Positions 8,816 through 18,458 of a DNA stretch of 59,400 nt are shown in pieces. The notes beneath the pieces were generated by a model. It was not told the DNA's origin. It ran no database searches and saw only the letters and a program-made list of their open reading frames with translations. This DNA is from Verrucomicrobiota bacterium (GTDB lineage Bacteria > Verrucomicrobiota > Verrucomicrobiia > Chthoniobacterales > UBA10450), in the NCBI GenBank assembly GCA_046731855.1, contig JBKPLX010000168.1:1-59400 (forward strand), read 5' to 3'. Positions within the stretch are counted from its first letter, which is position 1, and each line of letters begins with the position of its first letter. Position numbers and translations under genes: made by a program.

Positions 8816-10556
8816 GAGTACCTTTCAACTCTCGCACGACTGAAAAGAGGTTTACCGCCACGCGTCGAGAAGGGGCAGAAAGAGCAATATACGCCCCTCC
8901 CGCTAGCAGCGCTACCGGGCCGCAAAGGAACAATTGCATCCAAGGGTTAGCACCCAAAACGAAAGTGCGTGCCAGGCAGGCAGTGCCGCAAACCACTCCC
9001 CAGACAGGCAGATGCTGCAGACATCCGATCCACAGATCTTTCCTGGTCACCGGACCCCGCCAGCCGGCGATGTAATAGACAAGTGGCAACTGTATCAGGA
9101 CACACGAAGCGGAATAGAATATCGCCACGCCGGCGGGACCGAAGGGCAGTCCGGCGAGGAAAGAACAAAGGGTGACACTCGACATGATCGCACTGGTCAA
9201 GACCCAGTCCTTCCCGCGTCCCTGGCTGGCGAACAGCCACGCGGAAGCAGCGAAAAGCGGAGCGGCCAGGGCGGCCATCGTAAAGCCGGCGAAAATTACG
9301 ATTGCCCCTTCCCATTTTGGGCCGAGTACGGCCAGCGTCAATGGATTGGACAAGGCAAGAAACAGCCCAGTGAAGAGAAAGGTAATCAGCGCGATCGACT
9401 CGAACACCTGAAGGAATGTTCGTCGATACCGGTCATGCTGGTTTTGTATCCGCGACAGTGCGGGAACCAGCACGGCATTGATTGGGATGATGAATTGTTG
9501 CACCGGCCGCATAAGAAGGATGGAGCCCCTCGAATACAGGCCAATCGCCGCGGCGCCAAAGAACCGCCCAATCAGAAGACTGTCCGCACCCCGGGCGACC
9601 TCGTACATTAGACTTGCCGCAGTAACATTCGCGCCGAACCTCAATAGGTGCCAGGTTTGAGTGTTCCGGGAGGGTAATCGCGGCCGCCACCGCGAGATCG
9701 ACCACGCCAGCACAAGTTTAATCGTGACCTGAACCAAATAGGCGAATACCAGCGCCCAGTAGCCATATTCTGACAGCGCCAGGACTATGCCGGTCAGGTA
9801 ACCGGCCAGCATGGAAACAACGTCAATGATCGCAATGACGCTGAAACGCATCTGCCGGTTCAACAGCGCAATGTGTTGGACCGCCGAACTGGTGAGCACA
9901 AAAGTAATTGAGAGCACAAGGGTCATGCTCACTAGCCTGGGTTCACGATAGAACCACGCGATTGCAGGCGCTGATGCCGCCACTAACAGAGTAGCTACAC
10001 CACCCACAGCCACGTTTACCCAGAACAGATTGGAGACCTGCGCGTGGGTGATTTCTTGTCGCTGCACCGTGGCCATCGAAAGGCCGGCATCCTGAAAAAT
10101 GCGGAGGAAGCCCATGACGGTCGTAACCATGGCGAACAGTCCGAAATCCTGCGGCACAAGCAGTCTGGCGAGCACCATGACGTAGGCCAGATTCAGGAAG
10201 AACTGCGCGCCCTGCGCCACTGCGGTGATCAATCCGCTGGAGATCGTGCGCTGTCTGAGATTCGTCAGCAAATGATCGGTCGCAAAGTGTCGTTCGGCGG
10301 CGTTGGCCGTCGCCGAACCTGCAGACGGAAGGCTGGCGCGGCTTACTTCGCTTTTCACCGCGTTAGAGAGATCAACGCTCATCACTTGAGGAGATTTATC
10401 GAATGGGAACGATCCGGCGGTTTCGCGAAATCGATCGGATTCAAAGAGTTCACGCTGGATGTGTCCGATAGCAATGTGGCATTTCCTGCATGTGGAGCAT
10501 GTTTGCGGCAGACACTGTACTGGAAACGTCGGATGCTCTTGCGGCGAGACCGCCAT
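8781..10556 (-). CDS. Wzx-type polysaccharide flippase (MOP superfamily, Polysacc_synt_3-like)
   Basis: Polytopic membrane protein. LRQRTISSGLITAVAQGAQFFLNLAYVMVLARLLVPQDFGLFAMV is typical of the family N-terminus. The true start may be the ATG at 10382 (MSVDLSN), because the first 58 aa look like a non-native extension. Confidence 0.8.
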   Translation of the reverse strand: MAVSPQEHPTFPVQCLPQTCSTCRKCHIAIGHIQRELFESDRFRETAGSFPFDKSPQVMSVDLSNAVKSEVSRASLPSAGSATANAAERHFATDHLLTNLRQRTISSGLITAVAQGAQFFLNLAYVMVLARLLVPQDFGLFAMVTTVMGFLRIFQDAGLSMATVQRQEITHAQVSNLFWVNVAVGGVATLLVAASAPAIAWFYREPRLVSMTLVLSITFVLTSSAVQHIALLNRQMRFSVIAIIDVVSMLAGYLTGIVLALSEYGYWALVFAYLVQVTIKLVLAWSISRWRPRLPSRNTQTWHLLRFGANVTAASLMYEVARGADSLLIGRFFGAAAIGLYSRGSILLMRPVQQFIIPINAVLVPALSRIQNQHDRYRRTFLQVFESIALITFLFTGLFLALSNPLTLAVLGPKWEGAIVIFAGFTMAALAAPLFAASAWLFASQGRGKDWVLTSAIMSSVTLCSFLAGLPFGPAGVAIFYSASCVLIQLPLVYYIAGWRGPVTRKDLWIGCLQHLPVWGVVCGTACLARTFVLGANPWMQLFLCGPVALLAGGAYIALSAPSRRVAVNLFSVVRELKGTRAASAAGNPRA

Positions 10557-10689
10557 CCTAGTCGGAAAGACCGATGGTTTGAGTTCCGCTGCCTCCCGAA
10601 AGTGAACCTGCCACGTGCGCTGCTGCCTGTTCGAAGTTTCACGTCGTCATTAATCGTTCGCAGATGAAGCTAAGATACCATCCGTTTAC

Positions 10690-11589
10690 TTAAACAGCGC
10701 TGACAGACAATGCGTCCAACTGCGCTATCACCGCATCTTTTACTCTCTCAACGCTGATTGCGGTAGTGGCGTTCCGATCATTCCCGCGCTTATAGAAAAA
10801 TTTCTCCAACAAAGGAGAGACAACTTTTTCCTGCAACCCGTACCCATGTATTTCCCATGGACTGGTGCAGGTAAAAATGGAAACACATCGCACGCTGCTG
10901 CCCAACGCCAGATGCATGGGCAAACTATCGCCGGAAACGAGGCAGCGGTGTCCCTGCACATCGGAAAGGTGCTCTAGCAAGGTTGGTCGGCTCTCCAGCA
11001 TGTTAACCTTCAAGCCTTGTGTCTCCAACTCCTTCTTCAACTCGTGGTAATAGGCCCATCGTTTCATGGGCCATACTGGACCAGCGGAGGATGAGATAGC
11101 CACGTCTCCCATAAGTCCGGTCGGGCGCGCCGGTGGCAGATAGTATCTTTCACCGCTAAAGCCAAGACCCAGACCTGCAAAAATTAACTCCTGATATGTG
11201 CGGCGATTTAAGAGTTTAAGTCGATCCGCTTCTTCCCGTCCGTACGTGCTAATCAAGCTTAGGTCGAACCAGCCGCGTGAGTCCGCAGTATAAACCGGCT
11301 GACCGTTGCTATCCAGGTATGCACCGAAAAGTTGTTTGAACTTCACCTCGCCCAAAAACGAGCTGGTCTCCCGATCGTCCTCCAGATTGATCACCAGATC
11401 GTAGATGGTATCGGCAACGCGCCTGCGATTTTCCCATGAAACACAACGCACGTTGCGATCGATTCCCTGGAGTAGCGCGAGATTGTTCTCGGCCGTAATC
11501 CAGCTAACCGATCCGTTCAATCTTCTCAATAGCGGCGTGGTCCGAACGACATCGCCTGTCGCTCCAAGTTTTATGATCAACGAGTTCAT
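10690..11589 (-). CDS. Glycosyltransferase family 9 (heptosyltransferase-like)
   Basis: 299-aa ORF. The N-terminus LIIKLGATGDVVRTTPLLRRL matches the GT9 signature (K.salGD....P). The C-terminal motif is LVSGDSLPMHLALG. Confidence 0.8.
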   Translation of the reverse strand: MNSLIIKLGATGDVVRTTPLLRRLNGSVSWITAENNLALLQGIDRNVRCVSWENRRRVADTIYDLVINLEDDRETSSFLGEVKFKQLFGAYLDSNGQPVYTADSRGWFDLSLISTYGREEADRLKLLNRRTYQELIFAGLGLGFSGERYYLPPARPTGLMGDVAISSSAGPVWPMKRWAYYHELKKELETQGLKVNMLESRPTLLEHLSDVQGHRCLVSGDSLPMHLALGSSVRCVSIFTCTSPWEIHGYGLQEKVVSPLLEKFFYKRGNDRNATTAISVERVKDAVIAQLDALSVSAV

Positions 11590-11773
11590 CGATACATGAA
11601 AAGGCTCACCGCGGCGAGCGAAGCCAAGCCTGACTTGAGCAATGCTGAGAGTGAGACTCTAACCTCCGAAAGCGATCCTCTCTGGGGCGACCAAACAGTG
11701 CGCCGAGGTGTCATCGGGTCACAAGTCGGGCGCCAAGAGTATGAGAATTTTCGACGTTCATTGAAAGGTTTGA

Positions 11774-13021
11774 TTATCCTAACATGTAACTTCCGATATC
11801 CGATCCACCAACGGACCGATTCGCTCTAACGAACTTGTCATCTCTGTTATTCGCCGCCATGACCTTATTGAGAAGTTTATCGAACGATCTTGAAATTGCC
11901 TGGGGACCGTAGCTTTGCACTGCTGCCTCCGCTGCGGTGCGCTCAAAGCGACGTTCACGGATCACCCGCTGCAATGTCGCCGCAATCGTAGCGGGACTAT
12001 TGTCGTTCATGTAGGTAATCCCACCTTCCAGTTCCGGCTCCAAGTTCCCCATGGGTGTCGTCACAACGTGAGCCCCGGCCGCGAGATACTCGATAATTTT
12101 GAAGGCGAACACATTTCCGGGAGTTTGACTGACGACATGCGGATTAATGCAGATCCTTGCCGACGATAGCATGCGAACGACTTCTTCCCTGCTAATCATC
12201 CCATGGAACACGATGCTCTGATCCGTGGCAGCCTTCTTGCGTAGCTCTTCTGTCATTGCGCCGAAGCCGGTGATATGGAGTTCCCAGTCTGGAATCGCCG
12301 CGATCTTCCATCCGGCTATAAGTTCCCTCACACCATTCGACTCTACGTGTGTGCCTGAGAAGAGGACACAATTCCTCTTCTTTGCCTTCATTTCCTCACT
12401 AGCTTTCAGAACATCGTCGCCCACAACACCTCGTAGGAGAAGGGTTGGTATGTGCGATGGCAACTGCGACAGCAGATGGGGGGATACAGCCATACAGCCA
12501 GAAACGCTACTCAAGATCCTCTTGTATGCGGAACGAGACCTTTTTGATACCCACCCGTCCTCTGCTTCGCCAGAAACACTCACGAATACATCGTCTTCGT
12601 ACTCAAAAATAACCGGCAGACCAAGGCGTTTAATCGCATAACTAGCACAACTAATCTGTGTCGACCTGAGATTAAAAATAATTACGAGATCGAACGGACG
12701 TACCCGATGTCGCATCTTAAGAAAGCGCGCCGCCTGCCAGCCAGCCCACAAGCCATTGATTCGTCTAATGGGCAAAGACGAGACATAATAAACCGGAATG
12801 TCGGGGTGAGATAGCTCGGTCTCCCAGAATCCCGGGTAAAACTTCGCCCCGAGCTCGATAACTGCACCATCAGATATGATTTCGACTTCATGTCCGTTTG
12901 CGTGCAGCAACTGAGCAACCAGTTCGATCTTAATCCTATTAGATAAACTACGATTTCTGGCAATCGGGCGCTTCTGCTCAAGAGTCGACCCCTGATAGGG
13001 TGTGATGTATGCTATCCTCAT
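11774..13021 (-). CDS. Glycosyltransferase family 4 (GT-B)
   Basis: 415-aa ORF with GT1/GT4-type C-terminal domain features (INPHVVSQTPGNVFAFKIIEYLAAGAHVVTT). Its start overlaps the upstream stop by 4 nt (ATGA coupling). Confidence 0.75.
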   Translation of the reverse strand: MRIAYITPYQGSTLEQKRPIARNRSLSNRIKIELVAQLLHANGHEVEIISDGAVIELGAKFYPGFWETELSHPDIPVYYVSSLPIRRINGLWAGWQAARFLKMRHRVRPFDLVIIFNLRSTQISCASYAIKRLGLPVIFEYEDDVFVSVSGEAEDGWVSKRSRSAYKRILSSVSGCMAVSPHLLSQLPSHIPTLLLRGVVGDDVLKASEEMKAKKRNCVLFSGTHVESNGVRELIAGWKIAAIPDWELHITGFGAMTEELRKKAATDQSIVFHGMISREEVVRMLSSARICINPHVVSQTPGNVFAFKIIEYLAAGAHVVTTPMGNLEPELEGGITYMNDNSPATIAATLQRVIRERRFERTAAEAAVQSYGPQAISRSFDKLLNKVMAANNRDDKFVRANRSVGGSDIGSYMLG

Positions 13022-14076
13022 GAGGTTATTTCCTGTGGCAAAGGTGAGATGGAATGGCCGACCGTCTCCGACCGAGCAGTGTGATCTCCCAGCTTGCGTG
13101 AGTCATACTGTTCCTTAATCCAGTGATATGTCTGCCTCAGCCCAATTTCCAAAGTTGTGTTCGGCTCCCAATTAAGGACAGATTTTATGAACGTGTTATC
13201 ACTATTTCGGCCAGCCACGCCGCGCGGGGCGTTGATATCATATTCGCGCTTCAATTTCACGCCACCGATCTTTTCAACCTTCGATACCAAATCGTCAATC
13301 AGCACGAGTTCGCTCGAGCCAAGATTAATCGGGGTCGCGATCAGATCGTCACAATGCATGATCATATCGATGCCTTTCACGCAATCGTCGATATACATAA
13401 AACTGCGCGCTTGACGGCCATCGCCCCAGATCGAAATGCGAAGATCATTTTTGTCAATTGCCTCGATGACTTTGCGGCAAATGGCGGCTGGCGCCTTTTC
13501 TCGGCCTCCATCCCAAGTACCTGACGGGCCGTACACGTTGTGAAAGCGAGCGATAAAGGTCTTCATTCCGCGTTCCGCCCAGTATTCCTGGCAAAACATT
13601 TCTGAGATAAGCTTTTCCCAGCCATAACCGCGTTCAGCCATGGCAGGGTAAGCATCGGATTCTTTCAGCGCACGGGCATTGTTGTCTTCCTGCAGGAGAG
13701 TGCTGTAAGCGCAGGCCGAAGACGAAAAGAAGTATCTCTCTGCGCCAGCTCGATGCGCTGCCTCGATCATATGAGTGTTGATCAAGATGCTACGCAGGCA
13801 TTCGATGCGGAACCGCTCGATAAACCCCATGCCACCCATGTCCGCCGCAAGATTATAGATCTCGGCCGCGCCCTCACAAACGCGATCGCAATTTTCCTCT
13901 TTGCTGCAATCAAGACAAAGATTCTCGGCATCCGGAACGCGCACGTACCACTCGCAAATTGGTTTCTTGTCTACAGCCCGTATTCGTGTAAAACCCTGGT
14001 CGCTGAAATATGTCGCCAAATTTCCGCCGATAAAACCACCTGCACCGGTGATGACTATAAGTTTGTCTTTGCTCAT
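13018..14076 (-). CDS. GDP-mannose 3,5-epimerase (SDR family)
   Basis: 352-aa ORF with the Rossmann motif ITGAGGFIG. Long blocks match plant and bacterial GME as I recall it: NLAADMGGMGFI, SSACAY, RFHNVYGPSGTWDGGREKAPAAICRK, RSFMYIDDCV, GVAGRNSDNTFIK and YHWIKEQ. Confidence 0.8.
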   Translation of the reverse strand: MSKDKLIVITGAGGFIGGNLATYFSDQGFTRIRAVDKKPICEWYVRVPDAENLCLDCSKEENCDRVCEGAAEIYNLAADMGGMGFIERFRIECLRSILINTHMIEAAHRAGAERYFFSSSACAYSTLLQEDNNARALKESDAYPAMAERGYGWEKLISEMFCQEYWAERGMKTFIARFHNVYGPSGTWDGGREKAPAAICRKVIEAIDKNDLRISIWGDGRQARSFMYIDDCVKGIDMIMHCDDLIATPINLGSSELVLIDDLVSKVEKIGGVKLKREYDINAPRGVAGRNSDNTFIKSVLNWEPNTTLEIGLRQTYHWIKEQYDSRKLGDHTARSETVGHSISPLPQEITS

Positions 14077-14236
14077 AAGATAGTTGCGCTTTCCATTCAG
14101 TGGTTAGAGGTCAGCGTCCAGCCCAAAACGGCGTACGCCCCGGTCGGGGTAGCAGTGTTCCACAAATTTGTTTGAACCATAAATCGGATCGAGGAGGGGT
14201 GTTGCGCGCCAAAGCGGCTTCGGCGGTCACGCGAGG

Positions 14237-15610
14237 TCAGTTTCTCAAGAGATTTGAGTAAACTGACGCCGTAATCGTGGCGACTTTATCCCAAGAATAT
14301 CTTTCGTTAGCGAACTTTTTGATCTCTCCACGGCGTGCTTCAAGATCGTGGAATAATTCACTCTTGAAGTACTTGTCGATCGTGTTGGCCAGGTGAACCG
14401 GATCCTGCGGACGGCAGAGAAAACCTGTCTTCCCTTCAACGATGTCCTGTCGCAAAGAACCCACATCTGTCGCGATCACTGGCAGCCCAAAACTGTATGC
14501 CAAAAACGGCACGCCACTTTGGAAAAGGTGCACATACGGTACGATCAGCACGTCTGCGGCTTTGAAGTACAACTCTACGTCCTCGTCTGGGACGTGTTCA
14601 ATTCTCTCAATGATCCGGTGTCGGACCTCACTATTAGCAATTTTGCGTCGAATCTCGTTCCAGTAATCCCTTTGTCCTATCTTTACCTTGCCCGCAATGA
14701 TAAGACGATAGCTCTCATTTCTGTTTACGACGTCGCTAAATGCATCGATCAGGTATTCAAGCCCTTTGTACGGCGCTATCTGACCGAAGAATAACATTGT
14801 CTTGTCACTCGTGCTCACGCACAGACGCTGCCTTGCCGCGGTATTGGTAATCGCCGTTGTCGGACTCGTGTTATTGATCCCGAAGGGGATTATGCTTGTC
14901 TTACTTTTTAGAATACCAAACTCAGACACAAGCTCGCCCTGCATCCGTTCCGTGTGGACGAAGATATGATCAGCCAATCGATATTGAATACGCAGCGAAG
15001 TGCGATTAACGATGCTATCTTTGGAATCTCTCTTCGCGGCGTTCACATTGTGCGCAGTAAATACGATCTTTTTCCCAAGCAGTCGATAATACAGCATCAA
15101 CAAGACACGGTCGATAAATTGGAATTTATTGTTCCACAAGATGTGGAAAATAGGTGGCCGCGCCGCTGCTGCGTATTGAACCAGACGCCAATAGTAAACC
15201 ACGATTCTTAGGACTTTGCGTAGGAAGCTTACGTTCTCCCGCTGGTCTCCTCGAAGGTTCAAAAAGTTCACCAGCGGCATGGTGTGCAATTCAGGGGCAT
15301 CCACTTTGTCGCTGCCAATGAAATCAATCGATACACGTTGTCCAACTAGGGCTGATGTGAGCCCAAGCGCATAAGACCTGTCATCTCCACCAGTCAACAA
15401 GGCGACCTTAAGGATTGGTGGCCCCGCCAGAGGGGGTAAACTTCGGTTCACCTGCGGCGTAGGTTCTGACTCAGAGAGACCTATAGATCCCCAAGAGCGG
15501 TCTCCCTCTTGGAAGGAGGACGGAGTAAGCAGTGTCTGGGAGGTAGTGCTAGCGCAATATTGCCTACCTTGTGTCCCAGAATCACAAACTTTCGTAGCAG
15601 GTCGTTTCAT
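14237..15610 (-). CDS. Glycosyltransferase family 4 (GT-B)
   Basis: 457-aa ORF. KVALLTGGDDRSYALGL starts the GT domain, and FFGQIAPYKGLEYLIDAF and ERYSWDKVA are typical of the family. The ~65-aa N-terminal extension may not be translated. Confidence 0.75.
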   Translation of the reverse strand: MKRPATKVCDSGTQGRQYCASTTSQTLLTPSSFQEGDRSWGSIGLSESEPTPQVNRSLPPLAGPPILKVALLTGGDDRSYALGLTSALVGQRVSIDFIGSDKVDAPELHTMPLVNFLNLRGDQRENVSFLRKVLRIVVYYWRLVQYAAAARPPIFHILWNNKFQFIDRVLLMLYYRLLGKKIVFTAHNVNAAKRDSKDSIVNRTSLRIQYRLADHIFVHTERMQGELVSEFGILKSKTSIIPFGINNTSPTTAITNTAARQRLCVSTSDKTMLFFGQIAPYKGLEYLIDAFSDVVNRNESYRLIIAGKVKIGQRDYWNEIRRKIANSEVRHRIIERIEHVPDEDVELYFKAADVLIVPYVHLFQSGVPFLAYSFGLPVIATDVGSLRQDIVEGKTGFLCRPQDPVHLANTIDKYFKSELFHDLEARRGEIKKFANERYSWDKVATITASVYSNLLRN

Positions 15611-15687
15611 AGCAGTCTATCTGGGTTATCCATCAATTAATATCGTGTGAATTATTCCAAAGCCTATTACTTGGACGCCACGTATCG

Positions 15688-17511
15688 CTAATTCAATTCA
15701 ATCAATCTTCTTTGGATAAATTCCAGAGTCAAAATCTTGTGAATCTCAAAGGCATAGTTTTGTTGTCCGCTGCTATGAGCTTTGAGGATCTTTTCCAAGG
15801 AATCGGGACGAAGATACGGCCTACTGCGAGCATCCGAGTCGAGAAGCGTCTCCCTTAACCATTGCGAGAGTTCGTCACGGTACCAAACACGGAAGTGATG
15901 GAACTTATGCCTGCCGAGGAACAATCTTTCGAGGTGAAGTGGCGCAAATGCGTGGTCAAATCTTGCCAACCACTGGGGCATGCGATAATCGTAGGCGTAT
16001 TCTGCTTTAAAGGTGAACTCTTGGTACCAATGCAGTGCCCGATTAAGACCGGGCACTGATCGAAACGCGAGACCACGATCCGTTCCAATCTTTCCCAACG
16101 CTGGATTGCCATCAGCAATGAGACGAAGCGCTGGCCCATTGTTCAACAGCTTTGCCGGCGTTTGGTACGCCAGAGCAACGAGATCATTATCGAAATAAGG
16201 CGTTCGATATGTAAGTTGCGATCTTTCCACGGAAAATTTGCTCGCCATAAACCACGGCGCTTGCCTGAAGGAAGTGAAGGAAAGCCTGTGGCCTTGAAGC
16301 TGACCTGCATAGGTCTCGGCCGCTTCCTGAAAGGAGCTTTCCAAGTCCGGATCGAAAACTCCTTGCTGAGGAGGATCCGGCTTAAACATCACGAGACGCC
16401 TCAAGATTTCACCGCCACAAACGCCACTTACTCGGACTGGGGCAATCTGGCGGGCAAATCTCTGGACGTACAGGTCGATCGAGCCACTTACGTCCATGGT
16501 ACCGTCGCTAATGTAAACGGCTTTCTCGGCCAGGTCGTGAAACTGCGACAAAAACTCGGCGGCGACCGGAATCGTGTTGTGAGGTTGCTGACAAAGTTTC
16601 GCCGCTCTCCGCGCAATCTTGACGTCGGCACAATCGCGGTACGTCCCCCCCCACGTGTAACATGGAAGTGTGCCTGGGGGGCGCGGGGCCCAGGCCAGAA
16701 TCATCCGGCTATCCACACCTCCAGTTAGAGATAATCCGATGGACTGTTTCCCAAAGAAATACCTGGGAAGGACTCGTTCCCAAGTTGTTTTCAGCTGCTC
16801 ATAGAAATCAGATTCACTGAGCTCCGGTCGACCTTCCCAAGACTCCTGCTTAAAATAAGTCTTCTTCTTTACCGGTTCGCCACGCGAAAACACCCACGCT
16901 GAACCTGGTGGAAGTAGGGAGATGCCGGAGAAGAGGCTCCTGTTTTCCAGAACAGCCTCACAACTGAGAAGCTCGCCTAAACTACGCAAATTTAGTCGAC
17001 GCGTGCCGGGCAGGATTTTAAGAAGGGACTTGGCTTCGGAAGAAAAGTAAAATTCGCCAGCGTCTTCGTGATAATAAATTCGATTTACTCCGTACCGGTC
17101 GTTAAACAGAACGAATTTTTGCTCACGAAGGTCCAGTAACACGCCGCTGAACCAGCCATTTAGCTTCTCCAGGAACTGGCATCCCATCTCTTCATACAGA
17201 TGAACGAGATAACTTGCGTCACCCGGGGCAAATTCGTGCCCGTGCATTTTCAGGGCGTCAATGTCAGCTTGGTCGGCGAAATCCTCGCCCGAAAAGAGAA
17301 GGCAAATGTCTTTCTTTTCATTCCAGATCGGAAGGCAGTCAGCGAAAGATCCTTTGTAATTGACCCAGCCCACTGACAGACCCAACTCCTCGTTAATATA
17401 TGTGCCATCCGCATAAAACGGCTCATGCATTAGGGATCGAACCATGGATTCCACCAGAGCGTGATGCTCCTTCGATCGTTTCTGGTTCACTATTCCAACA
17501 ATACCAGGCAT
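15688..17511 (-). CDS. Asparagine synthase (AsnB)-family protein lacking the N-terminal Cys nucleophile
   Basis: 607-aa ORF with both AsnB domains, including the synthetase-domain PP-loop region LSLTGGVDSRM. The N-terminus is MPGIVGIV (CCT Pro at codon 2, checked in the DNA) where the family has MCGI. Confidence 0.8.
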   Translation of the reverse strand: MPGIVGIVNQKRSKEHHALVESMVRSLMHEPFYADGTYINEELGLSVGWVNYKGSFADCLPIWNEKKDICLLFSGEDFADQADIDALKMHGHEFAPGDASYLVHLYEEMGCQFLEKLNGWFSGVLLDLREQKFVLFNDRYGVNRIYYHEDAGEFYFSSEAKSLLKILPGTRRLNLRSLGELLSCEAVLENRSLFSGISLLPPGSAWVFSRGEPVKKKTYFKQESWEGRPELSESDFYEQLKTTWERVLPRYFFGKQSIGLSLTGGVDSRMILAWAPRPPGTLPCYTWGGTYRDCADVKIARRAAKLCQQPHNTIPVAAEFLSQFHDLAEKAVYISDGTMDVSGSIDLYVQRFARQIAPVRVSGVCGGEILRRLVMFKPDPPQQGVFDPDLESSFQEAAETYAGQLQGHRLSFTSFRQAPWFMASKFSVERSQLTYRTPYFDNDLVALAYQTPAKLLNNGPALRLIADGNPALGKIGTDRGLAFRSVPGLNRALHWYQEFTFKAEYAYDYRMPQWLARFDHAFAPLHLERLFLGRHKFHHFRVWYRDELSQWLRETLLDSDARSRPYLRPDSLEKILKAHSSGQQNYAFEIHKILTLEFIQRRLIELN

Positions 17512-17589
17512 AGTATTCTTACGTTAATTTGGCTACAATATTACTAACCCGCTGTTATTAGTGGCCCAAGCAAGTACCATGAAAAGCCA

Positions 17590-18372
17590 CTAACTGAGGC
17601 TCGATTCAGGTAACCTTTCTCGTTCCGTCGAGCTCAATTCGGTTAGACACGGTTTCTGTTCTTTCTCAAGGACGTAAGTGATGTCGGTGTGATCCCATGC
17701 AAGTTTTCCAAGAGATAAAAGACTAACAGTTCGAACGAACAGAAATATTAGAATGTCGCGAATTGACTTACTCTCAAGGTGTGATCCATGTCCATATTCC
17801 TCTTTAATGTTAAAGCCGTTCTTGCGACAAAACTCATGGATGCCAGCCCTAGAAACAATGGGATCATAAAAAGCTCGAAACGGGCCAACGCCAGTCGTTC
17901 CCGCATCTTTAAAGCCTAGTACATGTTTAACATAGAACACATGAAACCAAAACGGCGTGTTTCGAGCAACAAAACCTCGCACAGAATCGCGATCAGGGAT
18001 TCTTAATATCAAAAGTCCGCCTGGTTTTAGCCAATTGGAAAAGTTTTCCATTACACCCTCCGCGCCGTCAATATGCTCGAGAACATACGAATTATATATC
18101 ACATCAAATCTATGTTTTTCGAGATCAAGAAAACGTAGGTCTCCTACTACCATTTCATCGAGATCATTGTGTTTGGCTTTTCTAAGAAGCAACATATCTC
18201 TATCGACATCGTTCCCTGTAAGAGTGAACTGCATGTCTTTAAGCTCCAAAGGCCAGTTTTGCCCGCACCCAGCCTCTAGTATGTGCAACGGCACGCCATC
18301 AGCTGCTTTTTGCTTGATGTGTTTCTCTAATAATCTACGCTCTTCAGCCCAGCTTTCGACGATCTTCCTCAT
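17590..18372 (-). CDS. Class I SAM-dependent methyltransferase
   Basis: 260-aa ORF with ILEAGCGQN (motif I), VLEHIDG and LKPGGLLILRIPD. An AGGA lies about 10 nt upstream of the ATG. Confidence 0.8.
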   Translation of the reverse strand: MRKIVESWAEERRLLEKHIKQKAADGVPLHILEAGCGQNWPLELKDMQFTLTGNDVDRDMLLLRKAKHNDLDEMVVGDLRFLDLEKHRFDVIYNSYVLEHIDGAEGVMENFSNWLKPGGLLILRIPDRDSVRGFVARNTPFWFHVFYVKHVLGFKDAGTTGVGPFRAFYDPIVSRAGIHEFCRKNGFNIKEEYGHGSHLESKSIRDILIFLFVRTVSLLSLGKLAWDHTDITYVLEKEQKPCLTELSSTERERLPESSLS

Positions 18373-18458
18373 AGTGCAATTTCCTACACCTAGTGGGTCC
18401 TAAGTTTTCAGTTTTCAAAATTTGACTCCCGTTTGCGCCCCGGAGCAGTCTATTGATT

